Origin: an uncultured Ilyobacter sp.
GTDB taxonomy: Bacteria; Fusobacteriota; Fusobacteriia; Fusobacteriales; Fusobacteriaceae
Reading direction: 5' to 3'
NCBI GenBank assembly: GCA_963663915.1
Contig: OY760649.1
Span: 38,004 to 102,003, forward strand
Length of the DNA: 64,000 nucleotides
Part shown: positions 40,367 through 51,579 of the stretch, piece after piece
Layout: every line of letters begins with the position of its first letter
Position numbering within the stretch: position 1 is the first letter of the stretch
Program-made: the position numbers and the translations under genes
Notes under the pieces: generated by a model
Databases searched by the model: none
Seen by the model: the letters and a program-made list of their open reading frames with translations, nothing else
Told to the model about the DNA's origin: nothing

Positions 40367-40639
40367 AATGGTAAATTCCTTTTTGTTGATTATGATGTAC
40401 TATTAAGATATAATATTAATCAGAGAATAAAAATGGTGGAAATTGATGATTTATATTTATAAACGGAAAACATATTTTTTCTGTATAAGCTAATAAAAAA
40501 GGTATCTATAAAGTTAAAATTCATACGGAAAAATTCAATAAATATAAAGGAATATATAAATTTGGACTCTGAAATTAAATGTTTATTTTTATAATCTCAT
40601 CTACAAATCTTAGATTTGCTAGCATATATGTAAAAACCT
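40367..40639 (+). promoter_or_regulatory. CRISPR leader
   Basis: AT-rich non-coding stretch between cas4 and the first repeat. Confidence 0.75.
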
Positions 40640-43600
40640 GTAGTAACCTATAATCCATTAGAATAAGGATTGAAACAAAACAGAAAGTTTCGCTAACTCA
40701 ATTGCAACTGATGGTAGTAACCTATAATCCATTAGAATAAGGATTGAAACCAAAAAGGTGAAATAGAGTCTATGAGAGGTGTTTTGGTAGTAACCTATAA
40801 TCCATTAGAATAAGGATTGAAACAAACCTTTGATACATTTATTGAAGCTTTAAATTATGTAGTAACCTATAATCCATTAGAATAAGGATTGAAACGCCAG
40901 TTATCAGCATTATGCAGGTAAGAATATAATGAGTAGTAACCTATAATCCATTAGAATAAGGATTGAAACGCAACAGAAACAGAAGCACTATCAACTAAAT
41001 TAGAGTAGTAACCTATAATCCATTAGAATAAGGATTGAAACTTCAAGCAAGCCAGGCACCAAATGAAAGAATTAAATGGTAGTAACCTATAATCCATTAG
41101 AATAAGGATTGAAACAACAAAAAGTTTACTAATACTGTTACTGATTTGCAAAAGTAGTAACCTATAATCCATTAGAATAAGGATTGAAACTTTGACATAG
41201 TAATTCTACTAAGATTATCTAACAAAGTAGTAACCTATAATCCATTAGAATAAGGATTGAAACTATATGAAATAGGAGAGTATGAAACTTGAGGAGTATC
41301 AAGTAGTAACCTATAATCCATTAGAATAAGGATTGAAACATTACCATTCCATCTGTTTCAAAGTCGAGATTTTTGTAGTAACCTATAATCCATTAGAATA
41401 AGGATTGAAACTTATTTATGCCAGCTTCATAGTGAACTACCTGTTTGGTAGTAACCTATAATCCATTAGAATAAGGATTGAAACAAAGGCTCTATTGTAC
41501 CGGCTAATTTTGGAAGTGGGGTAGTAACCTATAATCCATTAGAATAAGGATTGAAACAGTATGAAAGATCAATTCTCAGCACCTGCAAAGAAAGTAGTAA
41601 CCTATAATCCATTAGAATAAGGATTGAAACTCCACCACAAACCAGATCTGCTCTTCTATAGTCGGAGTAGTAACCTATAATCCATTAGAATAAGGATTGA
41701 AACAAACAGATGCAGGAGCGATAAATGACTTCTCCGAAGGTAGTAACCTATAATCCATTAGAATAAGGATTGACTTAGCTAATTCAGATTTTAAAGCATT
41801 TTCATAACCAGTAGTAACCTATAATCCATTAGAATAAGGATTGAAACAAACAGTTGAAGTACCATCCCAATACCCTGGATAATGTAGTAACCTATAATCC
41901 ATTAGAATAAGGATTGAAACCTATTATATATCATCCTCTGATTCATAGTAATCGTAGTAGTAACCTATAATCCATTAGAATAAGGATTGAAACAAAGAAT
42001 GGGACGGATCACCTGTCTACACAGAAGAAGTAGTAACCTATAATCCATTAGAATAAGGATTGAAACTATCTGCTCCAGTCCGCATCTGTGATTATCCCCC
42101 TGTAGTAACCTATAATCCATTAGAATAAGGATTGAAACATCGTTCAGAGGCTGGAGTAGAGTACAATATTATACGGGTAGTAACCTATAATCCATTAGAA
42201 TAAGGATTGAAACTCAGACCGTTGTTCTGTCTTATTACTGCATTACTCAGTAGTAACCTATAATCCATTAGAATAAGGATTGAAACATTAAGGGGGGGTG
42301 AGTGTATGTCTAACTTTACATAGTAGTAACCTATAATCCATTAGAATAAGGATTGAAACTAAGCTTGAAAAATCATTTCTTCCGCTATTTTACTCGTAGT
42401 AACCTATAATCCATTAGAATAAGGATTGAAACTCCTCTAGTTCTAGGGGTTTCCCCGCATTACAGGATGGTAGTAACCTATAATCCATTAGAATAAGGAT
42501 TGAAACGAACTTCCATTCTTTAAATATTCAGATTGAGTTTTGTAGTAACCTATAATCCATTAGAATAAGGATTGAAACGCAACTGATGAGGTTGGTAAGA
42601 AAATGGATATACATGTAGTAACCTATAATCCATTAGAATAAGGATTGAAACTATGGCTATTACAAACGCGGTTGAATTTTTAAACGAGTAGTAACCTATA
42701 ATCCATTAGAATAAGGATTGAAACTCAACGCTTTCATATACCTTGTTAAAAATGGCTTTGCGTAGTAACCTATAATCCATTAGAATAAGGATTGAAACAA
42801 ACTATTTCATAACCTATTAAATCTAAAATATTTTGTAGTAACCTATAATCCATTAGAATAAGGATTGAAACTATCTTGCGACAAATCTATCCAAAGTCTT
42901 GGTTCATGTAGTAACCTATAATCCATTAGAATAAGGATTGAAACCCCATATTTTTCTGCAACTTGGTAAAATTCTTCCACAGTAGTAACCTATAATCCAT
43001 TAGAATAAGGATTGAAACTAGGTTTCAAATTCATAATTATCCCAGGCGAAGTGAAGTAGTAACCTATAATCCATTAGAATAAGGATTGAAACCCAGTAAC
43101 AGGGGACACGCTTGATTTCGATTTAGAGTAGTAACCTATAATCCATTAGAATAAGGATTGAAACTTTTATAAACCCTTGCAAGGTTTGAAACCTTAATAT
43201 TGTAGTAACCTATAATCCATTAGAATAAGGATTGAAACCAGTAAGCCATGAATACGGGCATTTTTTAGATAGGATGTAGTAACCTATAATCCATTAGAAT
43301 AAGGATTGAAACTCCAATGCAATCCTTCGGCTTCGGCAGTTGTGATGGTAGTAACCTATAATCCATTAGAATAAGGATTGAAACTTATGACTAGCCAATG
43401 GTCTCCTCATTCCTACGATGTAGTAACCTATAATCCATTAGAATAAGGATTGAAACGCCTTAAGCGCTGACATGTTCTTTGGCAGCATCTTATCGTAGTA
43501 ACCTATAATCCATTAGAATAAGGATTGAAACGAATTATTCCACCAACGTCAGATATGTGCTCAACAGAGTAGTAACCTATAATCCATTAGAATAAGGATT

Positions 43601-43873
43601 GAAACTCAGACTTACCTGCCTTGACTTATTATCTTAGTTTAGTAGTAACCTATAATCCATTAGAATAAGGATTGAAACATATTATCTAATTTCAAATCAA
43701 CAGATGATAAATCAGGTAGTAACCTATAATCCATTAGAATAAGGATTGAAACATAGTTTCATCCATTGTTACTTCTAGTGTTATTGTTTGTAGTAACCTA
43801 TAATCCATTAGAATAAGGATTGAAACCAACTGGCTCTGTTGCAGTTTCAACTTGTTCAGTTGGTAGTAACCTA
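40640..43873 (+). CRISPR. Type I-B CRISPR array: repeat GTAGTAACCTATAATCCATTAGAATAAGGATTGAAAC (37 bp); 44 full repeats, 1 truncated repeat, 44 spacers of about 35-39 bp
   Basis: Repeats counted by hand from 40640 to 43790; last repeat broken after GTAGTAACCTA by IS3; the ATTGAAAC 3' handle gives + orientation. Confidence 0.98.
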
Positions 43874-44364
43874 TGGATAGGCTACAATAAGTTGGACAGT
43901 TTTCTTAAGGTCATGTAAAATAAAATATAAAACCAAAGGAGAATAATCATGACCATATCAAACCAGAAGAGAAAACGTCGTACCTACACAGATGAATTTA
44001 AAAATCAATTAGTTCTATTGCATCTAAATGGAAAGCGTAAATGTGATATCGTAAGAGAATATGATATCTCTGCCTCATTATTAAATAAATGGATAAACCA
44101 ATCTGAAACTAGTGGCTCTTTTAATGGAAAAGATAACCGTACCCCTGAAGAACAAGAACTTATTGAACTTCGTAAGCGAAATAAGCAGCTTGAAATGGAG
44201 AATGATATTTTAAAGCAGGCGGCGCTGATTTTAGGACGAAAGTAAATGTGATTAAAAATAATATTCACAAATACTCTGTATCAGCAATGTGCCAAGTCCT
44301 TGGGATTTCTAGAAGTATGTATTATTACAAGTCTAAAATTAAAAATAACATCTCTCCTTTAATA
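43874..44364 (+). mobile_element. IS3 copy 2 (left part only), inserted in a CRISPR repeat and truncated by Tn3
   Basis: Matches copies 1 and 3 from TGGATAGG to ...CTCCTTTAATA; orfA 43949-44245 intact. Confidence 0.92.
43949..44245 (+). CDS. IS3 transposase OrfA
   Basis: Protein identical to that of 28785-29081. Confidence 0.88.
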   Translation: MTISNQKRKRRTYTDEFKNQLVLLHLNGKRKCDIVREYDISASLLNKWINQSETSGSFNGKDNRTPEEQELIELRKRNKQLEMENDILKQAALILGRK

Positions 44365-44638
44365 GGCCTAGCTCCGGTTTTCTCGAATTTTTTCACCAAA
44401 GTTCAATCTAACCTAATAAAATAAAGGGGTTAATCATTTTTGGTGTTTTATCCTGTAAAACTAACAGTCAATAAAGTTACAATATTTTTGACTATTTGAA
44501 ATCTGATGATTCTAAGGTCAAAAAATTCCTAGTTTTTATATTTTTTGACTTTCATACAGTTTATTTAAATAATTATAGACCAAATCTATAATTCAGAATA
44601 ATATAGCCATATATTTAATTAAAAGGAGCCAAAGAAAA

Positions 44639-45247
44639 ATGATATATGGATATTGCAGAGTAAGTACAAAGCATCAGAACCTACAGAGACAGGTAGATGC
44701 ACTAATTGACCACGGAATAAATCCAAGATTTATATTTTCAGATAAATATAGTGGAAAGACCTTGGACAGAGAAGGTCTTAATGAGCTATTAGCGATATTG
44801 AAACCTGGAGATATACTGGTTGTAAAGGAGATTGACAGGCTAGGAAGGAATAGAAAAGAGACTAAAGAACTTATGATTAGACTCATAAAGCAGGATATAG
44901 GGCTGGTATGTCTAGATATGCCATATCTAAAGGAGTTCATAATAGATAAAATAAAAGAAAATGAAGGCTTCCTCGAGATAATGGCCAATGCTCTTTTGGA
45001 TGTCATATTGGAGGTTGCTGAACAAGAGAGAAAGAAAATAATAAATAGGACAGCTGAAGGAAGAAAAAAAGCATTTCAAAAGGGAATAAAATTTGGAAGA
45101 TCGAAGAAAGTATCATTAGAAACCTTTAGAAAATATTATAATAAATTCTTGAAGCGCGAGATGAAAGCTATTGAAATTCAAAAGGAACTTGGCATAAGTA
45201 AACAGTGTTACTATAACTATTCAAAGCAGCTTAAAGATGAAATATAG
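44639..45247 (+). CDS. tnpR: Serine resolvase
   Basis: YGYCRVST..QNLQRQ, DKYSG, GDILVVKEIDRLGR and C-terminal HTH. Confidence 0.93.
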   Translation: MIYGYCRVSTKHQNLQRQVDALIDHGINPRFIFSDKYSGKTLDREGLNELLAILKPGDILVVKEIDRLGRNRKETKELMIRLIKQDIGLVCLDMPYLKEFIIDKIKENEGFLEIMANALLDVILEVAEQERKKIINRTAEGRKKAFQKGIKFGRSKKVSLETFRKYYNKFLKREMKAIEIQKELGISKQCYYNYSKQLKDEI

Positions 45248-48011
45248 ATATACAGTTTTGACTAAAAATGAAAAAGAAAGAATATTAATATCCTTATATG
45301 ATGATAAAAACATGGAAAAGGATTTTTCTCTTACTAATATAGAGCTTGAAAAAATACAGAAAGTTAACAAACCGTATTTGGCTTTAGGGTATGCTGTTCA
45401 GATACTTTTTTTAAGAAGTAGAGGAATTTCAATTCTTTCTTCTCACGATAGAGTTTCTCGAAAGATTATAGAATATATAGCTTTCCAGATAGGTTGTAAC
45501 CCTGATTTTATTGATAAATATTGGAAAGTGAAGAATACAAAATTTAGACATTTTCAAGATATTTCTAATATTTTGGAGTTTAAAAAGTTTGAAATGACTC
45601 CTAAAGTAGAGAGAATCATCTACAATATAGCACTTTCTAAAGGAGAAAGTATTGAGATTGTTGAAGTATTAATTGAGGAATTAAAAAGAAAAAAGATAAT
45701 TCTACCTAGCCTTTCTAAAATAGAAGAAGTGGTTTCTAAAGGAATAGCTACCACAGAATCCTTTATCTATTCAATAATCTGCAATGAGATAGAAGATAGA
45801 AAGAAATTGGAAAGTCTTTTCTCTTTAGAAAATGGAGTTTCTAACTATTCTAGAATAAAGAATATTTCAGTAAATAAAAGTCCTACTGGGGTAAAGGAGC
45901 TTTTGAGGTTAATCAAAAATATCGACCATTATGGAAAAAGTATTGATCTAAGCTTTCTTACAGAGAGTAAGATCAGACATTTCTATGGAAAGCTTCAGCG
46001 TTCAGATAGATTCAGAATAGAAAGATTTCAAGATATGGAAAAGAGACATGCGTATCTGGCTATGTTTCTTAGCTTTAGGCGTAAAGAGTTTGTAGATATG
46101 GTTATAGAGGTTACATCCAACTATGCACATGTAGTTATGAAAAGATCCAAAAAGAAAGCTCAACACTATAATTTGAAAAATCAGAAGAGGTATAAGGTAA
46201 ATTCTGATAAGTTAAAAGATGTTGTAAAAAATATCTTGGAAATTGATGACTTCAACTCTCTCAAAAAGTATCAAGCTTACCTTCTAGATTTAAAGAGAGA
46301 GCTTGATTTAGAGAATGAAGAGATGGAGGAAATCGATTTTCTCCTTAAATCACACCAGAGCTTTAACTATACCAATGAACTTTTAGAGTGTATCGAGTTT
46401 GATAGCAATACAAAACCCAACTTCATAAAATATCTGAATTTTTTCAAGGAAAACAGACATAAGAAAAAGCTTAAGGCAGACATATCTTTTTTCAGCCCTC
46501 AATGGCAGAAGAATATAAAAAAATATGACTATATAAAGAAGGTTGTTGAGATAGCTCTACTTTATTCAATAAGAGATTATATAAGGTCTGGAGATCTTTT
46601 TGTAAGAGAAAGTAAAAAGTACAATAGCTTTGACCACTATCTAGTAGATCCAGGGGAAGAAATACTTACTGAAGAGACTACAAAGTTTATTTCTCAATTA
46701 AAATTACTTCTTGATATTCCCAAAGAGATAGATTTTCATCGAGAGATAGAGAAGGATAATAAGAGTAGCTTTGGAGATAAAATATACAACCTTTTTCCTA
46801 AAATTACCATGACAGAGATTCTTTATGAGGTTAACTCATGGACTGGACTTTTGGAGAACTTCCAAAGATTATCCCAAAGTTCTGAAAATCGGCAGAAAGT
46901 TTTAGTCGCTACTCTTCTTGCAAATGGCCATAATATAGGATTCTCCAAGATGGCCATATCAAGCTCAATTGATGAGGCAGTTTTAAGAAGGGCTAACGAA
47001 TTCCATTTCAACTATGATAATCTGTTCAAAGCTCAGAAAAATTTAGTAAACTACCATCATTCTCTTGATATTGTTGGCAACTGGGGTGATGGAAAAAAGT
47101 CCTCTTCTGATGGAATGAGAGTTCCAATTACTTCAAAAACAATCTATGCCGACTACAACTCCCATTATGGAAATAAGGGAGGCGGTATATACAGACACAT
47201 AAGTGACCAGTATACCCCTTACTATGTTCAAATGCTTGAAGGAAGGGACAGCAATCATGTTTTAGATGGACTTCTATATCATGAAACCGAGCTTGAAATA
47301 TACGATCATTCCACAGATACCGCTGGATATACTGAGCAGATGTTTGCTCTAACTTATCTTTTAGGATTTAATTTTAAACCAAGAATAAAGAATTTAGACC
47401 AGCAGCAACTTTATGCCTTTGAAACTTTAGAGATAAGTGACATCAAGTTCAAGAAAATCAATGAAAAAATAATTTCTGAAAATTATTCTGAGGTTATGAG
47501 ACTCGTGAAATCCATAAAGTGTGGCAAGGTAAAGGCATCTCTGATTCTTCAGAAAATAAACTCGTATAACAGAGATAACAGTGTGGCAAAAGGATTAAAA
47601 GAGATTGGAAGAGTATTGAAAACCAAATACATATTGGAATACTACACAAAAAAAGAGCTTAGAAAAGAGGTTCAGAAGATTTTAAATAAGGGAGAATCAA
47701 TCAATTCCGTAGGAAGACTTCTGTTTTTTGGAAAGCATGGTAGACTAAATGAATCATCTCTAGAAAATCAGCTTGAAAAAGTTAGTTGTCTAAATATCTT
47801 GCTAGGATCTTTAATCGTTTGGAATTCACGTTACCTAGAAAAGGTTTACAAGTCAGCAAGGAATGAGGAGTGGTTTGAATTAGAAGAGTTTAAGAGAGTA
47901 GGACCTTTAGGAACTCAACATGTCAATTTTCTAGGGAAATATATATTCGAAGATAATCAAATAGATACAGATGATGGTTTAAGACCATTAAAAATAGAGG
48001 TTCAGGCTTGA
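45237..48011 (+). CDS. tnpA: Tn3-family transposase
   Basis: N-terminal DUF4158-like region; WGDG..SSSDG, HSTDTAGY, PRIK and LNKGES motifs. Confidence 0.93.
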   Translation: MKYRYTVLTKNEKERILISLYDDKNMEKDFSLTNIELEKIQKVNKPYLALGYAVQILFLRSRGISILSSHDRVSRKIIEYIAFQIGCNPDFIDKYWKVKNTKFRHFQDISNILEFKKFEMTPKVERIIYNIALSKGESIEIVEVLIEELKRKKIILPSLSKIEEVVSKGIATTESFIYSIICNEIEDRKKLESLFSLENGVSNYSRIKNISVNKSPTGVKELLRLIKNIDHYGKSIDLSFLTESKIRHFYGKLQRSDRFRIERFQDMEKRHAYLAMFLSFRRKEFVDMVIEVTSNYAHVVMKRSKKKAQHYNLKNQKRYKVNSDKLKDVVKNILEIDDFNSLKKYQAYLLDLKRELDLENEEMEEIDFLLKSHQSFNYTNELLECIEFDSNTKPNFIKYLNFFKENRHKKKLKADISFFSPQWQKNIKKYDYIKKVVEIALLYSIRDYIRSGDLFVRESKKYNSFDHYLVDPGEEILTEETTKFISQLKLLLDIPKEIDFHREIEKDNKSSFGDKIYNLFPKITMTEILYEVNSWTGLLENFQRLSQSSENRQKVLVATLLANGHNIGFSKMAISSSIDEAVLRRANEFHFNYDNLFKAQKNLVNYHHSLDIVGNWGDGKKSSSDGMRVPITSKTIYADYNSHYGNKGGGIYRHISDQYTPYYVQMLEGRDSNHVLDGLLYHETELEIYDHSTDTAGYTEQMFALTYLLGFNFKPRIKNLDQQQLYAFETLEISDIKFKKINEKIISENYSEVMRLVKSIKCGKVKASLILQKINSYNRDNSVAKGLKEIGRVLKTKYILEYYTKKELRKEVQKILNKGESINSVGRLLFFGKHGRLNESSLENQLEKVSCLNILLGSLIVWNSRYLEKVYKSARNEEWFELEEFKRVGPLGTQHVNFLGKYIFEDNQIDTDDGLRPLKIEVQA

Positions 48012-48282
48012 TTTGGCTTGAACCCTTTATTTTATTGGTAAAAATGAATGGTTGGTGAAAAAATTCGAAAAAAACGGAGCTAGGCCTTAAATAGCAATTC
48101 TATCTGCCAACGAAGCCTATATATTTCAATTATTTCAAGAGGTTCAAATGACCACAAGTTTGTTATATAACCGCTTATTTCCATAGAATGTAAATGGTAA
48201 TATAAAATTGACCCTTTTGAGACAAAAAAGATAGTTAATTTTTGACCCACACTAAACAATTCTGTACAATCTTTTTAAAAAG

Positions 48283-49671
48283 ATGTACAGGAGGCTTGAG
48301 GTGGCAATCGATATGGAGACTTACAAAAAAATTAGACGGCTTCACCTTGTTGAAGGGATACCAATTAGACAAATTTCTAGAGATCTTGGAGTCTCTAGAA
48401 ATACTGTCAAAAAATACATTCATGGAGATGTTATTCCTGGAGAAAGCAAGTTTTCTCCTAGACAAAAACTAGTTATGAATGAGGAAGTAATTAAATTTAT
48501 GAAAGCTTGCATCCTTGAAGATAACGAACATACTCATACGAAGCAAAGGCATACAGCCAAAAGAATTTGGACCAGACTTCAGGAAGAGTTAGAATTTACT
48601 GGATCATATTCTTCTGTTAAGGTAGTACTTAGAGAGCTTAAAAACAAAAACAACGAGGTTTTCTTGCCTCTTACCTTTAATCCTGCGGAAGCTATGCAGA
48701 TTGATTTTGGTAGCGCTCATGTATACATCCACGAGGAGAAACAAGAGATCAAATATTTTTGCGCTCGTTTGGCATACAGCGCCCATATATTTGCTAAAGT
48801 TTACTTAGCTGAAAGAGAAGAATGTTTCTTAGATGGGGTTGTCTCTGCCTTTGAATACTTTGGTGGAGTTCCTAGAGAGGTTCTTTTTGATAACGCTAGA
48901 GTTGCTGTCTCCGAAGGTTATGGGAGGCATGTAACTAAGATCACAAAAGGATATGAGACACTTGTTGCTCACTATGCTTTTAAGCCAAAGTTTTGCAATG
49001 TTAGAAGTGGAAACGAAAAGGGAATAGTTGAAAATTTAGTGGGACTCATAAGAAGGAATACTATGGTTCCTATTCCAAGAATTAAAAGCTTACAAGAACT
49101 TAATTTAAAGATTAAAAAGTCTTGCGATAATTATCTAGAAACCCATAAAGTTAACGGTGAGAGTTTGAGTGTAAAGGAAAAATTTCAGCTTGAGGCTAGA
49201 AACCTTTTAGCTCTGCCTAACCATCCTCTAGATATCTCTAAACGAGACTACAAGAGAGTTACTAAGTTTTCTACTGTAACTTTTGAAACAAATAAGTATT
49301 CATTACCTTGTGAGTTAGTAGGAAAGGAAGTAATTTTAAAAGCTGGTCATTCAGAGATTCAATTTCTTTATCAAGGGAAAGTTATTGCTACTCATCAAAG
49401 AATATTTAAGAAAAATAAAAGTAGCTATCAGCTCGCTCATTATCTAAAGGCTCTAGAAAGAAAGCCAAGATCAGTATTTAATGCTGATCCAGTAATAGAA
49501 AACATTCCAAGGGCAGTTCTAGAAGAATACCAATCTAAAGGAGATTCTAAAGCTTTCTTAGAATATTTAAGAGTTGAAGTTGGCCTTCCTCAGAGAGATA
49601 CCCAACTAGAAATTCAAAGAAATGATTTAGGTAAATACGATAATTTAATTTCTCGAGAGGTGATTCAATGA
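48283..49671 (+). CDS. istA: IS21 transposase IstA
   Basis: HTH, QIDFG, FGGVPREVLFDN and NEKGIVE motifs. Confidence 0.93.
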   Translation: MYRRLEVAIDMETYKKIRRLHLVEGIPIRQISRDLGVSRNTVKKYIHGDVIPGESKFSPRQKLVMNEEVIKFMKACILEDNEHTHTKQRHTAKRIWTRLQEELEFTGSYSSVKVVLRELKNKNNEVFLPLTFNPAEAMQIDFGSAHVYIHEEKQEIKYFCARLAYSAHIFAKVYLAEREECFLDGVVSAFEYFGGVPREVLFDNARVAVSEGYGRHVTKITKGYETLVAHYAFKPKFCNVRSGNEKGIVENLVGLIRRNTMVPIPRIKSLQELNLKIKKSCDNYLETHKVNGESLSVKEKFQLEARNLLALPNHPLDISKRDYKRVTKFSTVTFETNKYSLPCELVGKEVILKAGHSEIQFLYQGKVIATHQRIFKKNKSSYQLAHYLKALERKPRSVFNADPVIENIPRAVLEEYQSKGDSKAFLEYLRVEVGLPQRDTQLEIQRNDLGKYDNLISREVIQ

Positions 49672-50399
49672 GTGTGGATGAAGAAAAAATCAAACTTCTT
49701 TCAAAATCCCTAAAGCTCTCTAGCTTTAAAGATTATCAAGAGGTTGTGCGCCAAGCAATGAACTCAAATCAAGGTTATGAGGGATTTCTTTCAACTTTAT
49801 TAGAAAGAGAAACATTAACAAGGCAAGATAACAAACTCCTAAGGCTAAAGCGCGGAGCTAAATTTCCATATGAAAAAACACTAGAAGAGTTTGAAATTAA
49901 ACGTCTTAATTATTTAAAATCCTCAGTGGTAGGTGAGCTTTCAAGTTGTAAATTTATTAAAAAGAAAGAAAATATAGTAATGATAGGAAGTCCTGGAACA
50001 GGAAAAACCCATCTTTCTATAGCTTTAGGGCTTAAAGCCTGTAACTACGGGTACAAGGTATATTTTACCACAGCGGCTAATCTATCTAACCATTTAATCG
50101 AAGCACAAGAGAACAGTAATTTAGGTAGGTTTTTGAGGCAATTGGCAAGGTTAGACCTCCTGATAATAGATGAGCTCTCCTATCTTTCTTTCAACAAACA
50201 TCAGTCGGAGCTGTTATTTCAAGTGATTTCAGAGAGGAGTGAAAGGGGAAGTATAATATTATCAACTAATTTAGCATTCTCAGAATGGGAAGAGTTCTTT
50301 CCAGATACAATGTTAACCACGGCCTTAATAGACCGTGTAACATTTAGAGGTCATATTTTAAATATGAACGGTGACTCTTACAGATGTCCTGCAAAGTAA
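49668..50399 (+). CDS. istB: IS21 helper ATPase IstB
   Basis: GSPGTGKTHL, LLIIDELSY, STNL and GDSYR motifs. Confidence 0.95.
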   Translation: MSVDEEKIKLLSKSLKLSSFKDYQEVVRQAMNSNQGYEGFLSTLLERETLTRQDNKLLRLKRGAKFPYEKTLEEFEIKRLNYLKSSVVGELSSCKFIKKKENIVMIGSPGTGKTHLSIALGLKACNYGYKVYFTTAANLSNHLIEAQENSNLGRFLRQLARLDLLIIDELSYLSFNKHQSELLFQVISERSERGSIILSTNLAFSEWEEFFPDTMLTTALIDRVTFRGHILNMNGDSYRCPAK

Positions 50400-50481
50400 G
50401 CAGGGTGGGTCACTTTTTAATTACCCTTAGGTGGGTCAAAAATTAAGTGCCAAATGGGTCAAATTTTAATTGACATTCCCA

Positions 50482-51425
50482 ATAGAATTTCTAGCAAGTG
50501 TAGAACAACATTCTCCTCTTCTTTCTGATTCTTCTATCCTTTTAAGCTTATTCACAGAAAATTTTTCATCCATTTTAGTTAAAACTATTCGAAAAGGACT
50601 TTTTACGTCGTGACTACCAATTAGAAACTCGTACTCTTTAGTCTCTCCTTTCCTTAAGTCTTTTCCTAATTCTCCTGCGCTTGTAACCAGATACTTAGTA
50701 TTTTTTAGAATATTTCCCTTTTGAGAATACTTAGGATTTGGGTTTAAACTGAATAGCCTCGTCCCTGATTTTAATCTGGAGATAAAAAAACTATTTCTAC
50801 TCTCAATCTCATCAAAATCACTAAATTTGAAGTAACCTAAATCTTTTAAAACTAAAGAATCAATATCTAATTTTTTATAGACATATTCTGAAAAATTCTG
50901 TTCGTTTCTTTTTCCTTCAGCAAGCACTGTATTTTCTATGGAGTAATTTAAAAGTTCCATAAGTAAATTGATTTTAAGCACAGAAGGATTGCATTTGTTG
51001 GTTCCTCCGTAGACCTTCTTTAATTTTTCAGGAAGCTTTATCTCTGTGGAGTCCATAAGAAATATCTTAGAAAATCCCCAACTTTTAAAGGCTTTAATAC
51101 TGTTTTGAATTTGGTTTTTACAAAGGTGTAGAAAAATATTTTTTATAAATTCAACTGACGATCCTTTTATTCTTTGATCTAGTGCTTGGGGAGATATATT
51201 GATATCTTTATGAAATGAAAGAGATGCGCATAGCTCTTCTAGGGTTGAAGTGCAAAGGTTTAGGTTACTGAAACAGTTAAGCCAAAGAAAGGATTCTGGT
51301 GAGAGTTTTCCAGAATTTCTAACTTTAAATTTAGAGTACTTTGCAATATCTTCAAGATTATTTTCCAGGGTGTTTAAAAGCAATCTTTTTAGTTGTCTAT
51401 TTTTCAAAAGAAAAACCTCCTTCAA
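50482..51425 (-). pseudogene. IS4-family transposase, N-terminal part (interrupted)
   Basis: ISPQALDQR, LMDST, KDLGYF and FFISRLK motifs. Confidence 0.85.
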
Positions 51426-51579
51426 GTAGTACCTGAAGAAGGTTTAACATAAATTTTATTAAATTGAAAGCTTAGCTTGATAGGTATGTCTAAATGCCCC
51501 CATAAATTGCTTAAAATATAATTAACGGGAGCATCCAAATCTAGTCTGAATTTGAATACTCCCAAACTTTTTTTTAAAT

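Larger units (their letters stand above)
44364..48087 (+). mobile_element. Tn3-family transposon (tnpR-tnpA, no cargo)
   Basis: 36-bp terminal IRs AGGCCTAGCTCCGGTTTTCTCGAATTTTTTCACCAA / TTGGTGAAAAAATTCGAAAAAAACGGAGCTAGGCCT (2 mismatches). Confidence 0.9.
48189..50481 (+). mobile_element. IS21-family element
   Basis: Ends TGTAAATGGTAAT...TTGACCC and GGGTCAAA...TGACATTCCCA; subterminal TGACCC repeats; 6-bp TSD ATAGAA. Confidence 0.92.
48088..51488 (-). mobile_element. IS4-family (IS231-like) element, interrupted by IS21 and truncated by Tn3
   Basis: Left end CATACCTATCAAGCTAAG at 51488; transposase 51425-50482 resumes at 48188-48088 as SMEISGYITNL...IYRLRWQIELLF (YREK motif). Confidence 0.85.

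Noticed and set aside
43827-43862. Spacer 44 resembles pilin gene 4 (TTGCAGTTTCAACTTG vs TTGCAGTTTCGACTTG near 61059)
   Set aside because: Only 15/16 nt match with divergent flanks; not credible self-targeting.
31626-50481. CRISPR-associated transposon (CAST) suggested by I-B cas genes next to transposases
   Set aside because: No TnsA, TnsB, TnsC or TniQ; Cas3 is intact; neighbours are ordinary IS3, Tn3, IS21 and IS4 elements that disrupt the array.
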